A DNA stretch of 64,000 bases from Eledone cirrhosa. Its lineage: Eukaryota. The DNA lies in contig OZ024747.1 in assembly GCA_964016885.1 (NCBI GenBank), forward strand, positions 91,698,001-91,762,000, in the 5' to 3' direction. Position numbers and translations under genes: made by a program. The notes beneath the pieces were generated by a model. That model was not told where the DNA came from. It did no database searches and worked only from the letters and a program-made list of their open reading frames with translations. Position 1 is the first letter of the stretch; every line of letters starts with the position of its first letter. Of this stretch, positions 27,598-42,600 are shown one piece after another.

Positions 27598-28010
27598 TTG
27601 TGGTCGGTATGGAGGTCGGCCCTTCGTAAAGACCTGAAGATCCGTCTCTTCATCGCCATAGTGGAGTCTGTGCTGCTGTACGGATCTGAGACTTGGACAC
27701 TGACCAAGAGACTCACTCAGATGGTGGATGGGTGCTACACGAGAATGCTGAGGATGGCTCTGAACATTAATCAGTATACACTGAGAATTCCAAAAGTCAG
27801 CTCGAAAATGACACAGAGGAGACTGGAGGTTAGCTGGACATATTCACCGACATTCAGAGTTGACACTGCATTGATTGGTCCTATGAGAGGCCCTACACGA
27901 ACACACTAGAAGAGGGAGACTGAAGATGCCATATATTGATGCCCTAAGAACAGACACTGGTCTCTGGGAGACGCAGGACATGGCGGCGATGATGAGGGAC
28001 AGGCAGATAG
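27598..28010 (+). mobile_element. RTE LINE 3' fragment (same family as 389-860, colinear)
   Basis: DLKIRLFIAIVESVLLYGSETW..YIDALRTDTGLWETQDMAA. Confidence 0.85.
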
Positions 28011-28113
28011 TATTAGCAATTAGAAAGACCAATGGAAACATTGTTTCCTCGGTCCGATTAGACGAGCTCCACCCCACTCGTTATGTGAATAAGGTCTGGG
28101 ATCTTGCCGAGCG

Positions 28114-28253
<140 letters not shown>

Positions 28254-28299
28254 CCGCCCGACCCTTCAATCTATCTTATCTTATTTCTCATTCTTTCTT

Positions 28300-28329
28300 C
28301 TGATGAAGGACTAGCGTCCGAAACGTTAA
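28300..28329 (+). ncRNA. Minimal hammerhead core F10 (stem I not evident)
   Basis: CTGATGA-A GGAC TAGC GTCC-GAAACGTTA. Confidence 0.5.
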
Positions 28330-28414
28330 CACCCTCTTCCTGCTATATCAAGCGTTAACCTAATATATATCTTCCATATACTGTACCAATTGTGTTGTTA
28401 TTTCTGTTTACCTT

Positions 28415-28501
<87 letters not shown>

Positions 28502-28680
28502 TGAGAGATACACATACAGGGATGTTTTCTGGAAATTACATTATCTCAATGTTTTCCTTACTTTTTCATTTTTGTTAATATTGCTACAATTCTGTTCAGA
28601 ATGAAATTAAAATCCAGAAGACAGTATTTAAATTTCATAAAAGAAAATAAATAATAAAGGGTTTTGGTTGGTTAATTTAT

Positions 28681-28711
<31 letters not shown>

Positions 28712-29038
28712 TGTTTGCTTGCTTGTAATTAAACATAGATACACAACACACACGCATGTAAACAACTGTCAAACACGTGTCTATGAATTATACGCTTTTA
28801 TCAACAACAGCAACAACATAATCTGAGGATGGAAAAGAAATGTCAAAACATAAAAAAAAAAAATCAATAAACAGAAAGGGTAAAATTCCTTGACATTCAT
28901 TGATATTTAAGTGGCTATGGGGTTGTAGAGAATAACATTGACATGTATGGGGTTTATATTGACAGGGATAGTAAAGAATTATAGAAGGAAATGTACTATA
29001 ACATTGTAAACACTCTTATAAACAATTTGTAACGTTAT

Positions 29039-29182
29039 ATCGGTAGAGGGTTGGACGCCATGCTTTGCAGCATGGAGTTACGGGCCTTTACGATCTGAGT
29101 TCAAATCCCGCCGAGGTTAACTTTGCCTTTCATCCTTACGAGGTCGATAAAATAAAGTACCAGTAATGCACTGGGATAATTG
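29039..29182 (+). mobile_element. tRNA-derived SINE family B, partial (inverted 3' piece at ~29600-29700)
   Basis: GAGTTCAAATCCC B-box; TTTGCCTTTCATCCTT..GTCGATAAAATAAAGTACCAGT. Confidence 0.8.
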
Positions 29183-31335
29183 CTGTAGAAATAAATAATT
29201 AATTAGTTAAAACTACCGATTGCACAGTTGACCGAGAGGCGAGCTTTCGAACCGAGTCTACTAACACTTTTCAAAAATACCAAACGTCACAACTCACAAC
29301 CAGTGGGAAATAAATAATTTTCTATATTGATAATAAACACAACCACAAGGATATGGACCGGACCGAACGTGGAAGAGCCGAACTCCCACTGTCATCGCCT
29401 CCATCTCTCTGTATGGTGAACAAATGGGGTCTCACGTGCTGCCCCCTCCCCCTCTCCCCACATACCCGGCAGACAGAATGGAGAAGGCGTTTCCCAGGAG
29501 GATGGTAAAGGAGATGCGCTGGAAGAGCCATTCCATCTACCCCGTAAAAATAATAGTCAAAGCTAACTTCGGTGGGATTTGAAATCAGATTGCTATAATA
29601 ATTCTCTCTACTTTTGGCACAAGGCAAGCAATAATCCCAGTGCATTACTGGTACTTTATTTTATCGACCCCGTAAGGATAAAAGGCAAATTGAACATCGG
29701 AATGACAGTTGATAACTACAAGTAACAGTTGAATATATCTGAAACGTCTCTCTACATTTACCCCATTTATTAACATATTATATATAGTTGTCTTAATTGT
29801 GGCGACTGGAATTTCAAATTTTCAAATTCTTCTTAAGTCAACCAATCTTTTTTTTTTCTATTAAAAAAAAAAAAAAATAGTTGTGTCTGAAACAGAACCT
29901 AAGCGTGCGCACACACAGACACACACACTACACACTGATACATACACATACTACACACACACACACATACACATCAACATGCGCATATACAGATAGACAG
30001 ACACACACATATGCACACGTACATAAGTACACACGAACCTTTACACACTCACAAATGGGGGAAAGAGAGAGAGGGCGGGAAATAGCGGGAGAGAGAAGAT
30101 ATGAGAGTGAATTATATAAGATAAAACTCGTAAATAATATATTGAGAGAGAAATTGTAAGGATTAAAAATATATAGTGATGTTCCCTTAAGCAAAATATA
30201 ACTTCACCTGTCATATATTTCAGTAACGTTTTAGTGGAATGTCACTGAAAAGGTTGTACCACAAATCCAACACTTTATTTGAAATAAATGAAATATATTA
30301 ATTATTCTCTACTTTAGTGGTTATTCAACTCATCTATTGTTCGTTTTCTCTCTATTTTATATTTTTATTTAACATCACAAAACTACTCCAGTGCTATCTC
30401 TCTATCTCTGTGTGTTCCCTCCTCTCTTTCCTTTTGTCTTTTCTTTCTTCATTTACTATATACATGTACCCAATTGTGATGCCTACGACAGATAAACAAT
30501 GGTAGCACAAATATTTCACTATCAGTAGTTTTTCCTATTCCTAGATAGTGTATAGACGGAGATATCTGTGCTAATATCTTCTCTAGCTAACCAAACTGGC
30601 TAGAATAAGGATAAATAAGACATCATTAAATTTTATGTACTCAAGGAACGTTCAGACTCGCACGCGTCGTCGTCGAATGCTACCAAAGCATCACTAGTGG
30701 AATTTTGGAAATATTTCAAGGACTACTGAACTAGTAGTGCTAGTAGTTAGTAAACAAGTTATGTGAAGAATGTGCTGTTAAGTTCTATCATTTATATCTG
30801 ATGTGTATGGAAGTAGCGTTTATTTTAGTGTATAGGTGTGACTCATTTTTACCGCCTACTGTATGGCTCTAGAAGGTTATGAGAACAAGAAGGAATAAGA
30901 GGCACAACTCTCGCATTTCTGTATTTGTTAGGACCTGGTACCCCAATGGAAAAAAATAATTAACTGGTTATGTATACTTATTCCATTTTCTAGGTGTTTG
31001 GAAATGGGAATGAATATTGATGGCTAATGGTTATAACATTTTAACAAATTATATATGAAAAACTACTATTAATATATATATGAAAACACACACACACACG
31101 CACACACACATATATATATATATATATATCCATATATATGTACACACACACACATATATATATATATATATCCATATGCATGTACACACACATACACACA
31201 TACGCACACACACACACACACACACAAATACATACACACGCATATATATATATAAAGTATGGTACCAGGAATAGCTAGGCAGGAATTGGTCAGAGGGGAA
31301 TTTTATTGAGAGTATATATACATAAAGTATTGAAA

Positions 31336-31374
<39 letters not shown>

Positions 31375-31456
31375 AAAGTTCTATTTAAATTGTTGGGATA
31401 CAACAAGCAAATATTTTTATAACTGATATAAAGCACTCGACAAGTATTTGGAGTAA

Positions 31457-31826
31457 ATATACGATATTAACAAATGGAAACTATATTTATAAAACCATAT
31501 CTATTTTATTATACATATTTCAAGGATACCATGTTAAATTATGGTATGCTTTCATCAGACAAAATACAATATATACCAGTTTTATAAATAAATATTGACA
31601 TACCCTTTCAAAATGCAACCGTTACTTTTGGAAGACATCAGGATATCCCGATGTCTTCCAAAAGTAACGGTTGCATTTTGAAAGGGTATGTCAATATTTA
31701 TTTATAAAACTGGTATATATTGTATTTTGTCTGATGAAAGCATACCATAATTTAACATGGTATCCTTGAAATATGTATAATAAAATAGATATGGTTTTAT
31801 AAATATAGTTTCCATTTGTTAATATC

Positions 31827-31832
<6 letters not shown>
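31457..31832. repeat. ~375-bp near-perfect palindrome with two divergent F4 hammerheads (~31502-31566 minus; ~31723-31787 plus)
   Basis: Centre GGATATCC at 31641-31648; TATTTTGT-CTGATGA-AAGCATACCAT..ATGGTATCCTT-GAAA-TATGTA-TA|ATAAAATA. Confidence 0.9.
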
Positions 31833-31871
<39 letters not shown>

Positions 31872-32507
31872 ATACAAATATAAATACTTACACATCTGTG
31901 TAATTGGGATAAGAAAAACAACTTTTCTATTATTGTTAATTAAAGATGTGTTGCCTTATTAGATATGTCTGTGTAAGCACTATGTTCTTACCATATTTAC
32001 TGATTCCTCTATTTTTCCCCATAGTTCGGATAGTATGGTGGATTGTTAAAATTGTGGGAGAGTAAGACAAAATAATTTACTCTAGTTAATTTGAGTTCAA
32101 ATTCGACAAAAGTCAACATTGTATATTATCTTTACGCTTTGATTAATTATATTGTCAGTTAAGTATTAAGTATCTATAGAAGTGTACTAGGAATTAATAT
32201 TTTCATCAAAATTATGGAATAACTTATTTATTCACAAGGGAACTGTGAAGTACTGAATTTCCAGCCTTCATTACGTTTATTGATTGTCTAGCTCTACACC
32301 TCGCCACTGACGGGAACCTAAACATCGAGTACTTACCTGGGTGAACCTACAGTAACTTCACGTTACACTCCCTGGATATATATATATATATATATGAGGT
32401 TATAGTGTGTTAGTTCATTACTTGCATTGGTAAGAAAGGAAGCTCAGTGCCTCTTTTACCCTTCGTTCTTTGGGAGCGAATAGTTACAGTAGCAGATCAT
32501 TTATAAT

Positions 32508-32714
32508 CAGTAAGGCCAAGGATTAAAATCATTGTTTTTATTTACACAACTACGAACGTTTCAATACAGCCAGAAATTATACACTAATAGTGGAAAAAAC
32601 CGAAAACATTTCGGTTATTTAACTTCAAATAGGTGTTTTACCTTTTTCCGGCTATATTGAAGCGTTCGTAGATATATAAACAAACAACAATAATTTAAAT
32701 TCTTGGTCTTACTG
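32508..32714. repeat. Old imperfect inverted repeat, PLE-terminus-like
   Basis: CAGTAAGGCCAAGGATT.. / ..ATTCTTGGTCTTACTG; arms carry GAA(A/G)CGTTC half-motif. Confidence 0.55.
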
Positions 32715-35700
32715 AATTTTGAATTATATGCTCACATATACGTACATTTTAGAAATAGATAAATAATGAGTCCATTTGGTAGCACGACTTCAGCTCTTAA
32801 TAGACCACTAACGAGGTTTTCACCTGTAGTTTATCACTCAACTGATTCCCAGTCTCACTCTTCCACCTTTATTCATGTTGTAGAGCGTGTTTGTGTTGGA
32901 TTTTCAAAGAAACATGAACCCCGTGCAGGTCTATATGTGCCCTACATTTTAAATCTTGCTTGGAGTCACTGTGCTCCATCTGGTTTTCAGCTTCTAACAC
33001 ATACTACATACAGATGATTTCTCCTGTTGGTCTTGCATTTGTCAGCACTATGACTATAGAAACAACTGAGACGTTTTGTTGTTGATGCCTCTGCTTGTGT
33101 CCACATCCCTCTTATCTGATCTGCTTCTTCTTCACCAGTGCAAAGAAGTTCCTCGAGTCACTTTTACTTCCTCACATGTAATAAATTGGGGTTTCTGCTA
33201 TGAGCCACCAATGAGATTTCATATCTTTCTTTCTGGACAATAAAGTAAACTCCAGCATAACCTTCTTTTCTTCGGAGGCAATATATAACTGAATCTTCAC
33301 GCAGAACAAACCCGACCATATATATAGTTATGTGTTACCTCCACGTTCACCTTCTGTCACTAATGCATCATAAAGGTAACAGCATGCCAATGATCAATGT
33401 TTCTGCTACTGTCCTGGATCTTTAGCCTTAGAATTTATTATTTGTGTATATTTCAGAACAAGAATTATGACAGTCTGTAACCCTATCAGCCATGTTTGTA
33501 TTTCAGCCTCTTCTATAAACTTATAGACCTGTCACAAAATTAGATATAATGTTTATTCGTGCACATAATATCACACATTGAGCAGAGTTTCCACACTGAT
33601 GAAGTTTTGTGTATTGTTTGAGAATCAGAAACATGTAACCTTTGTCCTTGCGCTTCTACAGCTGATTTCATTTAACAAATAGGTGCTGCCTTTTTTTACA
33701 TGCCGTCATCTGTTTTCTTTTACCTCGGTGCTGATTCATGTCTATTAACCTTCTCTGGTTTGTAACGTTATCTATCAACCTTCTCTGGTTTGTAACGTTA
33801 TCAAAGGCGCTGATTCATGTCTATCAACCTTCTCTGATTTGTAATGTTATCACAGTCATTTTTGTTAATTTTGCTATTAATGTTACGAAAACTATCAATA
33901 CGTTTTTCCCTTGTATTTCGTTAAAAGGAAGTATAGGTGTTGACAATTACGTGAGCTTATTAGATTGTCATCCTTTCTATTTGTCTTTTTTTTCTGTGTT
34001 CTTGTTTACAAAGTTACCGAATTCTTTAAAGGAAATGCTTTGGGGCGTATTCATTGCTGCCACATTTGTAGTTAACACTTACTCCCGCTCCCCGAGAGGA
34101 AGCCATCTTGAATCATGAGTAAACAATCTTTACGATAATATAAATTATAAAATATTTCTCACCCTAGGGTAATAGGGTCGATGGTGAAAACTTTCTAAAG
34201 TTCTTTGTTGGCAAAATCAGACAAAATATTTTCCATCAGATTAAACGTACTGAATTCACTTTTCGTCTGAAGTTGTGTTACAATTCTGTTTAAAGCGAAC
34301 AAACTATAATATTAGTAATAATGGTTTCTAATTTACTAACAAGGTCAGTAATATATTGGAAACGAAACGTTGCTTAAATCTACTGAACTGGTACTTATTT
34401 CTATCGACCCTGAAGTATAAAATGCAATGTTGACTTCTCTACGGTGTGTACGCTGAATTCTAGGAACCGAAACTTATATTTAAATGAATTTCTCGCGACA
34501 CGCACTACACACGTCACATACATTCTTAAAAAATAAAACGAGCACAGTGGAAGATATACATTGAGCAAATGCAAGTAAATAAAACAAACCGTGCAGAACA
34601 GAGTAGGATACAAGAAAAGTATCCCGAAAATACAAGGAAATACACGAAGGCTTATTTGGGACATTTCATATACAACCCAGTTTACCCTAAATAATGGTTT
34701 CTGATTTAGGTACAATGCCAACAATTTGAGGAGAGAGGAATGTCGATTAACTCAACGCCAGTGCATTACTGGTGCTTTATTTTGTCGACCCCGTAAGGAT
34801 GAAAGGGTTTTTAGAGGTTGGCAGGTCTGATATTAACAATAATAAAAATTATGTTTCATAATGCTTGTCACGTTATTTAATCTGTAAAATGGTTAATGAA
34901 ATGATTAAGGAATTTTCTATGCACAAGACATTTCAGTATTTACATTATTATCATACAAAATAGCATAAGCAATTTTAAACTAGTTAGATTCTAATTCTAA
35001 CTGGTTCCTACAAGCTCGCTGTTGGTGATGAGCAATACATTATTTTGGCCAGCATTACACTTGCTGTCAGTCTTCATTTGTGTAATTAACAGTTCATAAG
35101 TCGATTTATCAACTAATAACTATGTGATAAATGATCCTATACGCATAAATCTGAAATCCGTACGCCTTTAAAGCTGAAGTGATAAATATTTAATAAATAA
35201 ATATCATACGGTGGCTATCTGTACCGAGAGAATTCTGTGATATTACATTACAGCCAGTAAAGTTAAGAAACACAGTTTTTCTTCCAGCTATTCATCAGTG
35301 AACAACTATCAACATTTTACATGTTACTAATTAATGTAAATTGGCTATATAAATTAACGAGTTCCTAAGAGGTGAGACAAGTCTGTCAGAAATTGTCTCA
35401 AGACTTTTACACATAATATTCCTTTGCTTTTCTGTAGACGAGTAATTTATACAGCTTATTTGCATGATATTCTTTACAAATAATCTACATGGGCACACTG
35501 CCAAACGACACTATAGTTGAATATGTGCAGTGATTTTACCTGATAGCTAAGGTTGAACCAGGTTAATAGATGTAACACATAAATAATGACTTCATTCTCA
35601 CTAGGCCAAGTTCCAATTTTAGAAGGGAAGGAAATATGTTTCATGAATATGACTTTCACATTAAGGTATATTAATTGACATCATTTTATTGATACAAGAG

Positions 35701-36918
35701 AGGTGATAGGTTAAGTGTACACGAGTAAAAGTCAACGTCCACGCAGTGAGTCACAACGATGTGTACTTTAATTTAACTTGTCTAGCTTACAAGCTCATAT
35801 TTATCCGCCAAGCAACGTTCGAATAAGATAAGAGCTCACTGTAACTAAGCAAATAACCGGAGTATTTGTAAAGAAAGTATTATTGTTGACTGAATTGTTA
35901 ATTGAATCACAAATGAAATAAAAGGCAAATAAGACTGTTATTATAATCAATGATGCAATTTCGTAAATGGGCCACGCTGATCCGTAAATATTAATTCTGC
36001 AAGCAAAGAGATATTATTCATGTAAGATTAAATATTATATAATTTGCAATACTAAGCCAAATAATACATAATTTGGCCTCAGAAATTGAGTGATATTTTA
36101 TTTCATCGACCCTCGGAAGATAAAAGTTAAAGTCAATTTCATCGAGATTTGAACACACAATATAATGAGTCGGAACAAATAAGATGAAGTAATTTGTTCG
36201 ACGCGCTTATTATTTTCCAACAGAGATCTTTAGTTAACCACTAAGAATAATTACATACATCGTCATTGAAGCATGCAAGTATATGAAACGCTAAAACTCG
36301 GGCGGGCATAAACAAAAAAAAAAAAATGATCCCGGCAAAATTATACAAAACGTAAATGGCGATGTGTGAGGTACGTAATAGAAAGAAGTCATTTGAAAAC
36401 ATTGTGTGAAAATAAGGATTTGTTATATTGCGTTTCTAATATTTCATTTGAGTCTTGCCAATTCTTTCCATATTTTTAAAGAATTTTACTAATTGTTTAA
36501 AATGTAGTAAATAAATATATACATATACACCAGGTCCAAACACTTGTTTTTCGAATTATCTTAAAATTATATGACTTTTATTAACAATAACTTTATGTAT
36601 ATAGATATAGTGTTGAGATATTTAAGAGATTTACAAGTAACTCTCTTAATTTGTACATTGGTTCTGTCAAGATAGCTACTAGAGAGTAGAGAATTGTCAT
36701 TCTAGCTGAAGCAGAAGATAACGAAATATTGGGTTGTTGAAGTCTTGCTGCAGATGTTTGATATACTCACAAGTATCCTGCTCGAGTGTGTGGTAAGCCG
36801 ACTCGATAGAAGACGGTTACTTCATAGCGTAAGTGCGCAGACCTAGACACGTTAAACATAATGGAGCCCATCCCTCTCCAGTTCTAAACACTGTCGATTA
36901 CTTCCAACGAGCATGTGA

Positions 36919-36952
<34 letters not shown>

Positions 36953-37148
36953 GGGGGGAGAGAGAGAGAGAGAGACTGACTACGGAGGAGAAAAATAAAA
37001 TAAGTTGAACCCGTTATTAGACTGCTAGTTTATTTATCGATTTCGAAAGAACAAAATGCAAATTTTACTTAGGCGGTATTTGAAATTTGTCGCAGAGAGC
37101 CAGAACGGACATCGCAATGCATATCTATCTGACATTATAAGGATTCTA

Positions 37149-37340
37149 GGGTGGTGAATTGGCAGTATCGGTAGAGGGTCGGACGCAATGTTTTGCAGCA
37201 TAGAGTTACGCCCCTTTACGGTCTGAGTTCAAATCCCACCGAGGTTAACTTTGCCTCTCATCCTTATGAGGTCGATAAAATAAGGGTCCAGTAATACACT
37301 GGGATAATTGGTGGCCTTGTGCCAAAAGTAGATACAATTA
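37149..37340 (+). mobile_element. tRNA-derived SINE family B
   Basis: Homologous to 59829-60043 and 45672-45878. Confidence 0.85.
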
Positions 37341-38626
37341 TAATGATTCTAACCATACACCAACTATAATGTCTTGGCATAGGACACATCGAATATTGAA
37401 TCAGACCCTGTGTATGAAACTGAAGCAGAGTGCAATGTTAAGTGGAGAAATATTGAACCTTGGTATATCTGTTGTAGGTGATTAATTGAAGATACAAGTC
37501 TCTGTATTGAAGATATCCTTAAGAAGCTCGCACTTTAATTCTGTTCAAATTTTCCGGTGGATAAGTACTAGGATAAATATTTAAGTAGGGTGGCCAGTTA
37601 CACTTCGAAATAGCCAAGAGAAAGGTTATTGTGTGATATCAGGTAGAGTTGATAAATGTCTACGCTGTATCGGTGTTATATTATCGCAAAATAATATACC
37701 TTACCAGGAATAACTATGGAATATATCATTTTGGATAACTTAAGAAATTCTATATCAGGTTTCATGAAACTCGCTAAATTAGTGAAATTGAAATAGATTA
37801 AACAAATGCACTTATATAGGGATATATGTTAAAAGAATTGTATACTTCTCGTCTCGTTTTCAGATGTTAAATACAATATATTGTATAGATGTTCATTTAA
37901 ATTGATACGTTATTTTATAAATATATAATTATTTCTTTAAACGCTTCTGTGTGATCTAATTGTCATGAAAACCTTTAAAGAAGCGACAAAGAATTATTTA
38001 AATGTAATTTGCATCTGCACTTCATAATATGCCGAGGACTCTGCGTAGAGAGCAATTATTTTCATAACAAATATGATAAGTAAAACCATCAGTCTTATCT
38101 ATATACTATTCATACTTTATATTTTGAAAAACTCTTAACGATATCAGTTGTGTAACTAATATTATGAATATCTCCTGTTTCTAGAGTGCTTTCATTTATA
38201 TGATTATATTTTTTAGAACTTTACCTACGTAAAATGCATTAAAAAATGCCTAAAAGAGAATTTAAAAATTGCAAAGATGCAATACATATATGAATACACC
38301 TGGATAATCATATACACCAACTTATATTATAAATTGATGTGAACATAAAGCTGAATAATATTCTGGTACATTGTTGCATATATGTATTATATAATCTATC
38401 CCTTTTGAAATGATCTACGATTCACAACGAAAATATATGTAGACATGTATACGTTTAAGCATGCAGGAATTTATTAGAACGACATATGTCATGTATTTCA
38501 TCGTGTATGTATTACACATATACTTGCAAATATATCACATGTATGATATAACCGCACAATCACACTCTCTAGTCCCTTCTTTCGTTATCTCCAATCTTTT
38601 CTTCAATATATATATATATATATAAA

Positions 38627-38727
38627 CAGGGTGTGCCCCCAAAATGTATATACACTTCAACAGCATTCTAATAAGTATTGCCTTTAAAGGTAAGCAAAGT
38701 GTGTAAGCATTTTGGGGGGACACCCTG
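38627..38727. mobile_element. Tc1/mariner-type MITE
   Basis: TIR CAGGGTGT../..ACACCCTG; paralogue of 2751-2848. Confidence 0.75.
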
Positions 38728-38858
38728 TGTGTGTATATAGAAACATCCGAAACCCCAGCAGACAACCGAAGAAGGGACCTGCCTGTTGTTTGTGCTTTCC
38801 TTTCATTCCTAAATACACTTTATCAGTAACCACACAGCACCTTGTTTCTTCTAAATAT

Positions 38859-38931
<73 letters not shown>

Positions 38932-38937
38932 TATATG

Positions 38938-39027
<90 letters not shown>

Positions 39028-39138
39028 TGTGTATGTCTATATACATATGTATATATACATATATATAAATACATACACACAGAAATGCAGAGAGACATTA
39101 TAAATATATGTGTACGCTTTGTCGGTTTTCAAGTTTAC

Positions 39139-39726
39139 CTAGAAAGTTCGTGCATATGTATAATTGTCACGATAAGTTCTCTCAACTTCAATTTTGTTAA
39201 AAGTCACGAACTTGGCTACAATATCAGTAAATAATACATCTCCTGTAAAACAATGCCATTTTGTTGACATGCCCTGTCTTTCAAAATACTGCCCACTACA
39301 CTGTAGTATCCGATCAACTTCAAAACGCGGCAGCTGGTACGGGAATCATTGTTATAAACATACACAAAACATGAAAATTAGGTCGTATGGAGCTTAGGGA
39401 TATATTGCCTACTAAATTGTTATGTAGGTTGTCTTTGATGCTACTTAAATCTGTTGCGAGGTATCGATCCATTGAGAGAAATTTCTGTGTGTCTATTGTA
39501 TTTCTGTATATAGTTATGTGCAAGTCATCTTTATCTAAGCCAGCCCGCTTCAGGTCTGAAAACTTTAAATACGAAGACGACCTGCCACAATTCATTCTAT
39601 CTTCGTTAAAGCGTAAATCTCACAGACGAATCGGAATTTAAGCAGCTTCAGAAATTATACATAATATAACTGATACATCGTTCATCTTGGTCAGCATATT
39701 TCACCAGTCTTCCTTCGTTATTTCCT
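39139..39726 (-). pseudogene. Possible disrupted exon or coding remnant, unidentified
   Basis: Unique-looking sequence between a polypyrimidine TAG acceptor and AG|GTAAAC; 91-aa ORF continued after a frameshift by ~60 more codons. Confidence 0.25.
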
Positions 39727-40694
39727 CTAAAATAATGAAGAAAAATGTAACAGTAATACAACTTGAAATTGTCAACATATTCTAATAAGTGATATTTTCG
39801 ATTTATTTGTCTGTAACGGAAATCCGTTGCCTTTTGCCATGAACTTTACTATGATCTTTTACTCTTTATAGAATATTTTAACGCTGGTGAAAATATAGAA
39901 ATTTTAATACAAATTTCCCTTTGTCGTGTCTTTAACAAGCTATGGCTGTTTAATTCAAAGTCACGTTTTTGTCGTTAGGATGTTAATAAGGTATGAGTGA
40001 ATGGGGAAATAGATTCGTCAGAAGGAACTGAGATGAAAGATTACAAAATGGAAATCGGTTAATAAAAGGAGTAGAAAGTTGAGTATCACATAAATGTCAA
40101 TGCTTAAAGACATTGAAAGAGGAGGAGGGGTATATTGAAAATGTACACAATGATATAATCTTCTGTATGTTACATATCAAAGTAAATGCCGGGTTTGAAT
40201 GTCGCTGTACATCTGAAATTAATGTAATATCAGAATCCCCTCACACCGCTCTCATTATCTAACATTTTTGCCTTTTAGTATATGGATATATTTCGTGTAT
40301 CACTATATTGAAGTATCATATACATTTATAGTAGGATCACACACACATTTTTATAATGAATTGAAAACAGTCGATTAGTTACAATTAGTAATAAAGTTAA
40401 CACCAGCAAAATAGGTCAGTTGATCGACATTCTTGGACGATATTGCAATTACAGATTGTGGTAGATCTAGTCTTTGAAGCTAACAGACTTGGAAAAGTAT
40501 ATATATACTATTTATCCATATATATTTATATTTATTAGAAAGTGAGGTTTTTTTTACAAAATGAAAAATAACCGAGGTGTCCTACACGAGTGAAAGTATA
40601 AAGAAAAAAAGATGAAATCGAAAATGCAACTGGAGTCTTATTTTTAAAAAAATTTTCGATTTCATCTTTTTTTCTTCATATATATATATATATA

Positions 40695-41210
40695 TATTGT
40701 TATACTTTGGGAGGGTCATGTTGCCAATAAGAAATACACGCACCAGTTGCTTTCACTTCAATTTATTATAATAAATTTATAAATTTAGGAATTTATAAAT
40801 TTCCGGTTGGTTGGTTGGTTGATTCCACATCTTCAGTGACTGCGGATTCTTTTCTTTATTTTTTTGTGCCTCTCCTTTGTTCTGTCCTACGCCATCTGAA
40901 GATGGCGTAGGACAGAACAAAGGAGAGGTACAAAAATCAAAGAAAAGAATCCCCAGTCACTGAAGAGGTCACAGAATGTGTGACGAAAGAATTTTGACAA
41001 TATATAAACAACCATCTGGTTGTGGAACCAACCAACCGGAAATTTATAAATTCCTAAATTTATAAATTTATTATAATAAATTGAAGTGAAAGCAACTGGT
41101 GCGTGTGTTTCTTATTGGCAACATGACTCTCCCAAAGTATAACAATATCGGTTTCAACACACGTTTTCAGATAAAGAATCTTGCTAAACAAATTCAGAAA
41201 CGAAATATAT
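40695..41210 (+). mobile_element. F8 PLE-terminus fold-back insert with HHR at 40956-40998
   Basis: Arms meet at GCCATC TGAA GATGGC (~40897); GTCA-CTGAAGA-GGTCACA..TGTGAC-GAAA-GAAT-TT|TGAC. Confidence 0.8.
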
Positions 41211-41267
41211 ATATATATATATAAAGGGTGAAAGCAGCGATTCTTTGCTTAACTTTAATCTGTTCTC

Positions 41268-41304
<37 letters not shown>

Positions 41305-41309
<5 letters not shown>

Positions 41310-42600
41310 AATATCCACAGTTAGTTATGGGGGTCTAGTCTGCATGAAGACCTCAATGTAATCCATATGTTGACAATGTTGTGGGTTAAAATAAATCCCG
41401 GAAAACAAAAAAATCATCGAAAGGAAAACAGAGTCATGATATAAGTTAAAAGAATGAAATAAAAATTTAAGTCATTAGGAAAATACTTCACTGCTTTACG
41501 ATCGTTTCTAGGTGATAATAATACATCGTACGCATATTTCGTTATCGTTCTATGTAAGGTTAGTTATAAAATATCAGATAAGGAGAATATTTACCTACTT
41601 GTATCAGCTGTTGTCAAAAGCAATGATAATTTTATTCAGTATCAGTAGTAAATTGGGTTTAGTGACCTTATTTGGAGGCTGCTAAAGAATAAACCAATGA
41701 AATGGTATTTTGCCAAATAATGTTAAGACGAAATAAAACCCACTCTAGCTAAGGTCACGACTTCTTTAAAGGAAGGTTGAAAGGTGTTAAAAATAGAATT
41801 ACTTATAGAGAAAGGGGATAGTGGATTGCAGTTGGTGTAGTGAAATTTAAAAAAAATTTATGTTGAGTTGTGTTGAATGGAATTTTTTAAGTGAATATAA
41901 ATAAAGAAATATGAGATACACGGAAATAACTAGAATAAATATAGATAGGTAAGTTAATGGTCATAATTAGGAAGGATAGTATATTAAAATATTAAAATAA
42001 TAAGATAATTAAATACAATAATATATTAATATAATATAATGTAATAAAATAGTCAGTAACACATGAATCTATGGAAACTAAAAAATTAAAAGGTTAAAAG
42101 ATTTTAGAAGAAAGGGATATTAATAAAAAGGTTCGTCACATAGAACTATAGTGAACGGTTATCTAGAATGTTTAGTTAGGTTTATAGTATTTAAATGTTT
42201 TTCGTATACGGTGATTACAAATTATAATCAATTCTTGTCGTTTATTCAATAAATCGTCTTTAGATTGAGTAATTTCCAAGATCTCACCGGAACATAATCT
42301 GCATTCTCTCCTGTTCCCAAGATATGGAGTTCTTTGCAGAATGGTATTCCGCGATAGTTTGAAATCTATTCCTTCCTTTTTATAGTGATTTCAGCTAAGG
42401 ATGTGGTGTTAGCTAGCTTAGTATTGTTAAAGCTACTGGAGTGTGCGTAATATATTTTCTTAAATGTGTTCGATATAGATCCTATATACGATTTGTTGGA
42501 GTTATTAGTAGACACAGTGCATTTATATATTACATTATTAATCAAACAGTTGCCATTTAAGGTGCAAGTGCTTCTATTTCTATTATGTATGGGTGTATTT

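Noticed and set aside
33596-33640. CTGATGA..GAAACATGTA hammerhead-like string
   Set aside because: No stem I complementarity and weak stem II
32760-33730. Possible highly decayed LINE endonuclease region
   Set aside because: No convincing motif recovered by hand translation
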